A stretch of DNA of 64,000 nt, taken from contig MU057809.1 in NCBI GenBank assembly GCA_013265495.1, forward strand, positions 806,001 through 870,000, in the 5' to 3' direction. The position numbers were made by a program, and so were the translations under genes. The notes below the pieces were generated by a model. That model made no database searches and was not told the DNA's origin. It saw only the letters and a list, made by a program, of their open reading frames with translations. Shown in pieces: positions 24,581 to 36,200 of this stretch (positions are counted from its first letter, which is position 1; the number at the start of each line of letters is the position of its first letter). This stretch comes from Vicugna vicugna (taxonomy: Eukaryota).

Positions 24581-26880
24581 GGGGAGGGCGGTGCTGGCAC
24601 CCAGACGGCCCGTGGATGCACCCCTACCCCCGCCGCGGGCCTGGCCCCCCGCCACCTCCCAGGGGCCCCCTGGCCTCCTCTGCGCAACCGTGAGGCCTGG
24701 GAGACAAACCGCAGTGTTCAGGGCGGCTGGGGGGTCCGTTTCTGCCCGCAGCAGCAGCACGCATCTCCGATACGGTGACCCTGCAGCCACGGCTCTCCCT
24801 CCGGGACAGAGGAGGGCCTGGGCGGGATGGGGGCTCTCTCCTCGCTGCACCCAAGCTGCTTCCCGCCACTGCTGCCGGACCCCAATGCCACATCCTGCAC
24901 TAGATCTGCAGTACGAGGACGGCGGGGCGGGTCCAGGCCCAGCCGTAAGGAGCCCACGGTCCCGGGAGCACCGAGAGTAGACGAGGCAGGGCTGGCCGGC
25001 AGGGAGGTCGGCCCGGGCTGCGGCCTCCGCCCTCACCGGGTGTGGACATGGATGCCACAGGGCTGCCCCTGCGAGCCTGGCCCCTCCGGGTGCAGTGAGT
25101 CGGGTCCCGGTGGTGCCCACGTGCCGACGCCATCGGTGGTGGTGCTTCTGTGCCGGGCGCAGGCTGCTGGCTCTGGGTTAAGAGTGTCCCTGTGACTGGC
25201 TGGACCTTCGGAAGGTCCACCTCTGCAGCCACGCACAGCAGGGGCGGGCAGGGTCTGCTGTCTGAGCGGGTCAGGGTGCATCCAGGAGATGCCTGCCCTC
25301 CTGCTGGCCTGAGCACCGGCGGTCAGGGCGCCTCTGTCCCTCACAGTAAGAACCCACTTCCCACCTGAGCTTCAGGACAGTTGCCCTGATGGCACCTTGA
25401 TTTCTATCCAGTTCTCAGCCAACCAACAGGCCGGGCTGAAGAGAAGTGAATTCGGCTCCGCCTGACCTGTCCCCAGGCCTGGAGGGGGTGGAGCCTCGGA
25501 CAGACCTGACGCCAGCAGCGGTGAGCACGCGGGGCTCACAGAGTGGGGCTCACAGGCCTCTGGCTGCCGAGTGGCCATCCCCAGAGGAACACTGCTTCCC
25601 AGTGGGGTTCCGTCCTCATCTCAGGCACGTGATGGCCCGCGGGAGCTGGCGCGGCCCGCGCTGGGGATCCTCGTCCCTGCTGGGGACCGCAGGTGTGCCC
25701 GGCACAGGGCGCGGGGAGCCAGGCCCGGGGGCGTCCCGGGCCCCAGCCGTGTGCCCACCGCCCCGTCCCCCAGCACCACGGCGTCTGCACGCTGCCTCGT
25801 CTTCCTCTCTGCCAGGCCTGAAGCCCTGATCACGAAAGCGAGCCTTCCTTCTTCCTTTTTAATTAGCGCTTGGTAACAACGCCAAGCCGCGAGTTTATGG
25901 CTTTGTAGATCTTGTGTTTTTGACATTAATTACTCACAAAGGCTTTTTAAGCTCCATTTCAACTCTGCAACTGCCACGCCAGTAATTAAGCGAGAGAGGA
26001 AGTGGCAACAGATTCCACCCCCGCCTGCCCACCTGAGCGCCGGGCTTCCGTGCGGCTGCAGCCCCCACGGCCCTGGGGAGGCCCCAGCCTGCGAGGCCGG
26101 AGGCGATTCGCCGTCCAGTCATCCCTGCCTGGGGCCGGCTCTGCTCCCCACTCAGGAGCTAAATCACAGGTTCTCAAAGCGGGAAGGGAACCAGAAGTGG
26201 CTGTTTCCCCCGGCCCCCCAGGACGGGCCTGCCCCTCCTCGGGCTCCCGTTCCCACACGCCCCGCGGCAGGTCTTAGAGCCTCAGTGCGCGTCTCCTGGC
26301 CTCCAACCCACCCCCTCTCCTCCCTCGCTCTCCCTGCGAACAGGAGGGTCAGGAGCCGGGAGGGCAGAGCAGGGTGTGTGAGGGTTAAAAGGCTGCGTCC
26401 ACCTCTGCCCTCCATGTGGCTGAGGTCCAAAGCTGACTCGGGGGACAGAATTAGTTTGTTTGAACCCCAAGCTGGAGGCGTTGGGTGCCGGGGTGAGGCG
26501 GTTCCCTGCCTGCCAATCTCTGTGCCCTGGAGCGTGCACAGGCTCCACAGGGCGGCCAGGGGAGCAAGCCTCTTTGTTCTCCGTTGGGGCCGCACAGGAA
26601 ACTCTAGGGACAATTCAAGGTCCTTTGCGGTCAGGGTGTGGCCACCTGCTAGCTGCCCACACCCCTCTGGCACTACAGGGAGGTGGGCCCTTCCCACTGG
26701 TTCCTGGGAGAACCTAGAGGTTCCCTCTGATGGGATATTAAGTCCACCCAACAGGGGACCCTCTTCCCTCTCGTCTTCAGGATCCGGACAGAACTTGGCC
26801 TGCACAGCGGGCTGAGCTTGGGAGAGGGTCTGGGAGGCCCTTCTGAGGGCTGCGGCTCGGTGGCAGGCAGACTTGGCCGG

Positions 26881-26900
26881 CCTGCCTGCCTGCCTGCCTG
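26881..26900. repeat. (CCTG)5 microsatellite
   Basis: cctgcctgcctgcctgcctg read directly. Confidence 0.9.
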
Positions 26901-28385
26901 TGCTGGGGGCTCCCTTAAACACAACTGGTTGGTCACAGTTTACCATTTTTTATTGCAATTCTATTTTAAGGTGCAATTAAAACATCTCATGGCTGAAATG
27001 CACGGTTCCTCCTGCGGTTTTTGCTAATATGGAATCAAAGCCAAAGGTGGGTGTGAAGACCTGGGCCACAGACTCGCTTCTAAAGCGGCAGGTTTGGTCA
27101 GGTCGGGCCTTCTCGGAGAGACGTCCAGGAGCCCATTTTAGGAACAGCTGTGTCCTCACCCCAGCCCTGTCCCGTCCTGTCCCGTCCTGTCCCAGCGCGA
27201 ACCAGCGTCTGAAACCTCCCTCCAGGCTCCGCACCCGCCGGTCCCAGGTACCGCCATCCTGCGGCCATGGGAGAGGGACCCAGGAGGTCTGGCTTTCGGC
27301 AAGGACGGAGCACACACATGCAAAGGGACAGGCGTGACAGCGGCGAGCAAAGCCTGCGGCTGGAAGATTCACGCCAACCAGCGCGGTTTCACTGCGATGG
27401 AAAAGGCAACGGGAAGAGCCACAATTTCGGATGCATCTGGCTGGTGTGGCTGAGCCACGTGCCACGGGCCACGCTCGAGTCCACGTCCTGTCAGAGTGCT
27501 GGGTGCACGTGCCTCTGCGGGGGCCTGTGGCACTGCAGGCTCGCGCCCCTGCAGGACTCAGTCTGTGGTCCGACTGGACGTCAGTGGGGCTGGCGAGAGG
27601 CCACGAGGGCGACAGCCAGTCCCCCAGAGCTTCCACGAGGCCCCGCGGAGGCAGGCGCTGGCACGGGGGGCCTCGTGCCATGGGGGCTCCGGTCTGGCCA
27701 GGGGCCCATGCCTTCCCAACAGCGACCTTTCCCTGGATGCAGAGGAAGGGTTGGGTGACACAGGACACACGCTGGCCCTACTGCAGCTCCCTCCAGAGCC
27801 GGCAGGAGCCCCACGCTGGCGCCAGGATGGGTCCTCCCAGGGGCTGGACGGCTGGGGGAGCCTGAGCGGTGCCCAGGCCACGGGAGCAGGGGTGATGGGG
27901 GAGGACACAGCTGCGTGCCCTCTGCTGTGGGCTCTGGGAACTTCTCGACGCCAGGCACGTCCTCAGGGGCTCTGAGCCGACACCAGGTGACCGCCTCACT
28001 GCCCTTCCCCCAGCTCCACAAAGGCTGGTGACTTCCAGGCAGGTCAGGGCACAGAGGGGGCGGGTGCGCTCTGCCCTGGCTGGATGGCATCTCACCGCCA
28101 GGATGGGTGACGCCAAAGCTACCAAAGGAATTCCCGCCAACCCCAGCAAGTCACTGGCACCCAGATGTCCTCCAGCGGCTGGGACCCCACAGAGCGTCCG
28201 GCAGAGGATAAGCACCAGCCAGTGGCTGCCTGTGTCTGGTGGGTCATCTGAGCCCAGAGCCCCCCAGGTCAAAGAGGCAGCTGGAAGCAGCAGGGCCGAG
28301 CCCCCAACCCCCGCTCCAGCCTCGGCCCTGGGAAGCAGACGCTGTGTGCTCACCGCACGCGCCGCGGTCCCGCCCCACCCCGCTC

Positions 28386-28416
28386 NNNNNNNNNNNNNNN
28401 NNNNNNNNNNNNNNNN
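28386..28416. other. Assembly gap (31 N)
   Basis: Run of n in GC-rich context. Confidence 0.99.
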
Positions 28417-29994
28417 CACGGCTTCCCTGCCCCCAGCCCCAGCCTCAGACAATGACAGCAAAAGGGAGGAAGTGCTTCATTCTCTGCAAAAGATGCTCCG
28501 ACTGATGCAATTTGCGTGTGCAGAACGTGTGAAGTGCACTTTCCGTTTCATCAGCACCTCAGCCTGCGCGAGGCTGCTCCCTGCTCTCAGCCCCGCTCGC
28601 GGGGTTTGAATTATATCACGGGATTTTCCTCATCTTGCAGCCGGAGATTTCACGTCCTGCTGATAGCTCTGCATTTTCATTGACCACGTTCACTCACAAA
28701 AGGAAATTTCAAAACATATTCTGCAGTCGATTTGCTCCTTGGCCCCGAGAATGGAATACAAATAATCTCCTCCCATCCGGCAGGTACCTTTCTGTGATTT
28801 AATTTCGGAAATGACTTTTTAAAGGTCCCAAGGCTGCTTTCTGTCCTGGGAAAGGGAAATCACTCTCTTTGGGGCTGTTTGAAGGCCACGTACCTTCCTG
28901 ACTTCGCCTGCCTTTTCCGTTGAGTAAGCAGCGACTTTCTCTCGGGACACAAGGGCACACCCACGTGTGCCGGGCTGCCAGAGCCGTTCTGTCTGGAGAA
29001 GCAGGCCGGGTGGCCAGCGCTGGCAGAGGCCGTGCGTGGCGGGGCCCGGGGGCCTGCAGCGGTGGGGGGTGACCCTGCGGACCTGGTTGTCCAGGGAGCT
29101 TTGGGGAAGCGGGTGGGGGCCTCTCTGACTCCACGTCACGAGGGGCCGCCCTGCGCAGAGCACGCTGGGGGGTCTGGGATCCGACACTCAGCCCTGGGCC
29201 GCGCTGAGCCCCCTCCCAGCAGCCCCACAGGCCCCTCCCTGAGAGTGGGAAGGTGCAGCAGAATTTGCTCCCAGGACAGACCCTCCTGAGCCGGCCCAGA
29301 GACGGGGCACGCGTGATCCCTGCTGGAGGCCTGGGCCACGCCGCACACATGGGCTCACACCCATGTAAGTACTGCGTCCATGTGGGGCTGCGTCTGCCCA
29401 GCACTGGGGGCCATTCGTGCAGGTAAATCACTCACAGGTGCCACGCTGTTGGCAGCGCAACCCCGCGCAGGAGAGTGGCACAGGTGCCCCTCGTCACAGG
29501 GACTCCCTCGTTCAAGGACCATGTGAGGCCGCTGGAGAGGGGGAGGCTACCCATCACGAGAGCTCTGCTCTTCCGCGCGAACATACCTTGGTCCCGTTAC
29601 CCAAGTCCCCCTGCTCTGGAACATCTGTGGACAGTGACCTCCCTCCTCCCCACCTCCCAGGACAGACCCCCAGCTGCTCCAGGAAACGGCCAGGGTGCCT
29701 GCGTTCCTGAACCAGAGGCTTCTCAGGCTGGCAGGGCCAGCAGGGGCACCGAGGACGACCTCTCACTGGGTCCCAGTGCACAGATCATGGACACCCTGCA
29801 GGCACGCAGCCCGACTCCACCTCATCCCTGCCAGCGGGGAGAGTGTTGCTGGAGCCTGGGTGTCTCTGGCGCCCACCTTGTCGATGGAAGATGCCCGCAC
29901 ACGGTGAGCTGTAGCCCCTGCAAACCCCCCGAACCAGCATCACAGTCAGATATGACCAGAGCCAGAGGCAAGAGCTTTCAAGGGGTCGGGGGTC

Positions 29995-30240
29995 AGATCA
30001 CTGACCTGAAAACTTGGACGAGATGGACAATTTCCTGGCAAATCATAAATTACCAACCCAAACTAGACCAGCGTGGAGAGCCAGGACTAAAGCCAGGCGG
30101 ACGTGCACTGAGCAAAGCCCAGGACGGTGTCCCGCAGAGCTCAGTGCTCCCAGGGGCCTGAACCCCCCACACCCCAGGGCACGGCGCAGAGGACCTTCTT
30201 CACAAAGCCTGAGAGCCCTCGGCGACCGGCATGGAGGCGG
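29995..30240 (+). mobile_element. Ancient L1 ORF2 fragment
   Basis: ctgaaaacttggacgagatggacaatttcctggcaaatcataaattaccaacc matches the L1 ORF2 segment coding ...NLDEMDKFL... Confidence 0.6.
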
Positions 30241-33200
30241 GAGAGGCCACATTGCTGCCACTGGGTGCCAGGGACGCGGCGCGCAGGGACAGAGCTGGAC
30301 AGCCAGGCGGACACCTGGAGGTGCCCCCAGACCTGCTCTATGTGGAGGCGACTCGAGAGGCCGCGCCCCACACACCCGTCTGTCCGTCCTCTCACGCACT
30401 CGTCTGACCGGGGCTGGAGGGCAGCACCCCCGCTCCTGCAGCAAGGAGGCCTGGGGCTTGTGCTGTGTGTGGACGGTCCCATGTCCATGGGCTGGGAGGG
30501 CCTCGCAGGGGTTGGGGGCAGGGGTCCTTGGCTCCCCCATCCTGGCCCAGAGAATGACATTTGAGAGCGGTCGGTGACATTACGTGATTTAAAAGTTAAT
30601 TAAACTGAGTGGTATAAGGTCTAACAGCCCCAGGTGTTTATTTCCAAAGAGCATTTGGAAGGGAAGGGAATCTAATAAAAAGCTTTGTGAGGCACAGCGT
30701 TAGGAGGTAATCACGGCGCTCAATCACCGGTGTCTGCGGTGGGCTCCCGGTGACTCTGGCGCGGCTCCTGGCCTGTCACCGCACAGGGACACAGAGGAGG
30801 CAGGAGTGGGGCTAGGGTCCCAGCGCTGTAGGTCCCCGCCCCCTGGAGGGAGCGCCCCCAGAGGCGGGATTCCTTCCAGTCCACACGTGCGCCCACCCAC
30901 TTGCCCCGCCCGCCAGCCAGCCACAGGCACCGAGCACCTGCCAGATCCCAGATCCCAGGCGGGAGCAAAGCCAGCACGGTGACCTTGGTGGGGAGAGGCA
31001 GGGCCCTCAAGGCGCAGGGAGACCCAGCCCCGGGGAAGCAGTACTGGGGCTGAGACTCCAGGGATGCGTGGGGTCCAAGGGGCAAATGGGCGGGGGGACC
31101 CCAGGCACATGGAGGTCCGGTGATAGAAGGGACCCTGGGTTTGTCCAGACTGCCACCTCCTGCTAATGGTGGGGACACTGCTTTTGCTATGCCCTGGTGG
31201 GTGCCCACCACCTCACAAGGCCACTTTGTCACCGAGGCTCCAGCACGTCCTGTTGTCCCTGGATGAGCAGCAGCAGTGGGCAGACTGGCCCCCTGGAAGC
31301 TGGGCCTGGGGCTGAGCGGGGCACCGCTTGTGGTGGCGGCTGTGGCGGCCCCGGGATTCTGGGAAGGAGGGTGGAGAGGCCTGGTGGCAAGAGCACAGCG
31401 GTGGCCAGTATCCGCTGGACAAATGTCCACTGAGGTCTCCCGCTCTGTGTGTCGTGGGCTCCCACGGGATCCAGTGGGGAGCGTGTGGCAGGCGCCCAGG
31501 GGCTCTAGGGCCCCAGTATTTCCGGCCGAGCAGAGAGGGTCCCCTCCTTCCTGAGGTCCTGGGTCCCTGCCATCCAGGCCAACCGCGGCGGCCAGGCGGG
31601 GACCAGTGCAGAGCCCTGGGCTGGCCTGCCTCCTGCATTGTGGCTGAGTAGGGAGGTGTGGCTGCCCTGGGTTCCTGGCTTGGCCACCTGGGAAAGTCTG
31701 CCCAGCGCTGGCCCCAAGCCCGACCCCTAATTCATCAGGGTGACAAACGGCCTTTCCCGGCCTTCCTCACTGGCTCCCACGGGGCGAGCTGCCACCGTCC
31801 ACGATGGATGGCACTAGCGGTCAAGTGTAATCACCAGCTCAGCCCCTGAACACCAGCCCATTCATCCACCTGGTCCGCTGGCCGGCAGAGGCCTTGGTCC
31901 CTTATCAGTGGGCGGCCACACAGCCCCTCCATGCCCACTCAGGCCTCCACGTTCTCGGTGCTCGACACCTCTGAGGAGGGGCGGCCTGCGAGGTGGTTCT
32001 GCGCCCACAGGAGGGGGCCCTGACTGCCCAGGGCCAGAGGGCGCGCTGCCCACCATCCCGCCCCGCGGGGCCCCGCCCTCTGCCAGCCACAGCTCCGTGG
32101 GCACCTCCGTGCGCAGCGGCATGTCAATAAGGAGGCTCTGGGGGCTCCCGCTCCGGGCACCTCAACTCTTCACAGCAGATACGACGGGATGGAGACACGG
32201 ACAAGCTCTAACCCCTGCCCGACGGCATGGCCCACAGGCAGGTCCCAGACCCTGCAGGTCCGCACAGAACCTGCTCCTGAGGTGCCTCCAGAGGCGGGCG
32301 GCCCGGCCCAGGCCAGGCCAGCCGGAGGGAGGGAGCCTGCCCTGCTCACACCCCTCCCCCAAAGGGTGTGGCGTTCTCTCAGCGGAAATCACCAGAGGGA
32401 ACACGATGAGCAGCGACGCCAGGCAACACCCAGAGAAGGCCCGTGGCCCTGCTTCGGCACTGGGCAGGCAGAGGGAGCGAGGCTGAGACCCACCCTCCCC
32501 TGCGCCTGCAGGACACCATCAGGGCCTGGCTGACAAGCTGAGGACCATCTCCTCGCCCTGTGGGCACGCGAGACCCAGGACGATCTGTCTCTGGAGCAAC
32601 AAGGACTTGCCCCCAGCCCCGCTGTCCTCCCCCGGGGTGGCCAGGGGACCCACTGCTCAGATGTCCTGCCCCTGCTTCCAGTCCCCACCCAACCCCCCCG
32701 CCCACGTGTCTCCAACAAGCACCTCCCGAGCGTGCAAAGGAGCACCCTCCCCTGTGGAGAGCTGCCAGCGACCCCCTGGACGAGTGCACAGGGCAGCCAG
32801 GCCCCAGGACCCCCGGGGGACCCCCTTCTCCAACAAGGTCCCAGCGGCCACGGCTTCTCCAGCATCAGCTGTGCCAGGCTTCTGCCTTCACCTCCTCCAG
32901 GCGCTTAACAAGTCTCCATCCCGGACGAGACGACTGAGGGGAAAGGTGAGCGTGCAGGCGCCCGGCCCTCGGGACACCCCCAGGGTGGGGCAGCCCAGGA
33001 CGGCGGGCACCACGCCCTGAGTGCCTGGAGGGGCTGATCCCTGACCAGTGGACACAGCCTATCCTTCACAAGTGCGGGGTCTCAAACAGGCTCCCCACAT
33101 GTGCAGGATGGACCACGCCGCTGGGTGCCACCTGGGCCTCTGCCTGCCTGGACGCTGCCCGGGAGGGAAGGAGGAGGCAGAGGCTTAGCCGCCAGGAGGA

Positions 33201-36200
33201 AGAGTGGGAAGGGCGTGCAGGGGACAGAGGATGCGCTGAGGGGTGGGTGACGAGGCCAGGGGACACCCCGTCCCAGGACACTGACGCCTGGTCAGAGGAG
33301 CTCGCTCAGCACCCGGCCCAGACCCCGGCCAGCCCTGCCTTCCAGCCAGTCAGTCCTGGGACGTAGGGGAGTCCGGGACCTGCAGGTCTCGGTCTGGGGC
33401 CAGGCTCCCTCCTCGAGCGGGGGCATGTCTGTGCTGGACCTGGATGCCTGGCAGAGCCCCACCTCCTCCCTTGCATACGTTAATTACGACAGGGTAAACA
33501 ACAGTATTTTGAAAAATGCATGTTCCTACGTGATTGCTTTCTTTTAATTGGTTGGTTTAACATTTGAAATTTGATTTAATTTCAACTTGATTTTTCTCAC
33601 CATGGGGTCAGGCTGAGAGCCGGGGAAATCACAGCCAGCGCTTCCATCACGAACGGTGGGGGGCCTGGAGCACGCGCACCGGCCCCAGGCACCCGGCTGT
33701 GCCACCACAGCCCCACTTCCCACTGAAGGGGGAGGTCGCGGGGGTCTGTCCCTGCAGGCCCCCCCCCCCCGGCGCCAGCTACCAGAGGACCTGGGCTCAC
33801 CCACCAGCCGACTTAGGGCGGCTCCGGGCGGTCTGAGTGTGGCGCCCTGAGGTTCCAGGCCCTCCTTGCGGCAGGTGCGGTGGAATTCAGAAGCGACAGA
33901 CTCGTGTGTGGCGATGGCCTGGCGGCCCAGGTGTCACCTCTGGGAGCTCAGGCATAGGATTCGAGCGCTGCGGGGCGTGTGCAGGGATGGGGTGACGCGC
34001 TCTCCAAGGCCGCAGCCTGGCCCCAAGCCCTCTGAGCATCCGTCCCCTCGTGTGGAACAGGGACAGTGCCCTCAAAGCTCGCTGGGTGGGCAGGTGAGAA
34101 ACACGCCCACAGAGCCTCATGCTCAGTCAGCCAGGCATGCGCTCAGCGCAGGCGCATCACGGTGGGCGGGCCCCCGCCCCCCGCCCCCCTCAACACAGGC
34201 CCTGGACAGAGGTGCCACGCCTCACTCTAGCGTCCCTGCCTCTGTGTGCACTGGCCCCCCACCGAGCCCCCCAGCCCTTGAGGCCCGCCTTGGTGCCTGT
34301 GCCTTCTGTTAATCATCCTGCCAGTCACCCGGAGTCCCCTTGAGTCGCCGGAGCCCCACGGCAGGGCCGCTTGACCTCGGTCCCCGGATGTCTGGGCGAC
34401 CACCTGCTGGTGGGGGAGCTGTCCTAGACACGGCAGAACGTAGCAGCGTCCCTGGCCTCCACCCACTCGATGCCAGCTGCTCTGCCCCCACTGCCACAAC
34501 CCAAACCGCTTCCTGACACCACCAAGTGCCCCTGCAGGCAGCCCATCTCTGGGGGAGGACCACTGCCCTGGACTCAAAGTACGTTCAGGATGCAGCCCCC
34601 GCCCCGCCCCTCACCCCCACTGTCGGAGGGAGCTCGGCGGGGACCCTGCGGCCCTACGGCCAGGGGCTGTGTGTCCTGCCCCGGGGCTCTGCACCTGCAG
34701 GGGCACAGGCCCTGGCCAGGCCACCCCCCGGCTGTGAGTTTCCTCACCTTCCCGAACATCAGAAACCTTATCTGGGTGACAAACGAGGCGAGCCACGTCG
34801 CAGGCCTCCTGGGGAGCCGCTGCGCCAGCCCCGCAGGTTTCTGAGTGGCAGTCGTCTGTGGACACCGCCTGCCAGGTCTGTCGTTTACTTAATGTTTCTC
34901 TTTAAATCAACTGTTCTCATCAACTGAGACAGACTGGGCTTGCACGGAAGCTTTCCATCACTGCTGTAATGTGGAGACAAACATGCTCGCTACAAACAGA
35001 GCCATCATGAAAACGATTCAACAGAAACCAAACAGCGGCACTGAGCCCTGTCTGCATCTGAGGGGCCGAGCCAGAGGCCACACCAGCACCAGGCAGTGCG
35101 CGTCCTGGGTGAACAGACGCAGGGATGGGGACACGTTTCCCTCGTGCTGCGACAGGGAGCGCCCGGCACCGGCGGCAGTCCCCACGCTCCCCCACCGTGG
35201 AGGAAAGGTGGCTGGAGGAGGAGTCAAGGCACCCAGAGCCCGGCCAGCCTGGCGATGCCTGCCAGTGTTACCACTGTCGCCACCATGGGTGCCAGCAGGA
35301 GGCGGGGAGGGGGAGAGCAGAGCCCACCTGGAGCAGCAAAGGTGAGGGCAGCCAGTGGCCGCGCTGTGCCGAGCTCCAACCCCAGACTCCGCGTGGCTGC
35401 TGCCAGTTTGGGGGATGGGCTGGCCGGCTTGGGGGCCAGAGCTGGGTGTCACCGGGCCTGTGGAGCCCTCCCCTCTGTCCTGGGCAGGTCCAGGCAAGAG
35501 GACGACGCAGGGCTCAGCCCCAGCACACGGAGGCCCAGAAACAGCGCTTCTTCCCCTGTGCCAGGTGTGGGTGGAGCGGGCGCCTGGCCACCCTCCTCCG
35601 GCCTCCTCACCGCTGCCTGGCCAGACCCAGACAAGTGTGTCCCCTTCCCAGTTCACAGACGAGAGACTTGGGCCTGGAGAGACTGGCACCTCCTGGGCCC
35701 CTCCTGGGTCCCTGTCCCGGCTGTGATCTCGCCCACTCTGCCAACCTGCTCCCCGACGACCCCGCAGGACTGTGCGCTTGGATGGGCTGGTTCAGGCCCG
35801 CAGGGCCGCAGGGAGAGAAGGACCACGAGGAGGCCTGAGCAGCTCAGCCCTGGTGGAGCCCGGACGCGGGGCTGGAGCCAGGACCCCAGGAAGGACTCTG
35901 GAGGCCTGAAGATGAGGGGAGGGGGCTGCAGGGCCGCGGTGGTCCTGACCCTGGGTGTCAGGCTCTGGGTGGGCCCTGGGCACCTGACTATCTTCTCAAA
36001 GATCACATGAAATGACTCCTTAGCTTGGGAAGTGGCTGTGGTCACCTGGCAAGCAGACCCCCAGCCCATCCTAGAACAGGGGCCAGCCAAACCCCCCGGC
36101 TGTCCTGCAAGCGCAGCTTTACAGCACAGCCGCGGCCGGGGTCCAGGGCGCCCGCGCTGCTCGGGCACCACACGGGCAAGGCTGGGCAGCTGTGACATAG

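Noticed and set aside
34394-34413. CTCF-like motif CCAGCAGGTGGTCGC on the minus strand (similar hits near 5316, 7316 and 15167)
   Set aside because: Such matches are frequent by chance in GC-rich DNA and cannot be ranked without PWM scoring or ChIP data.
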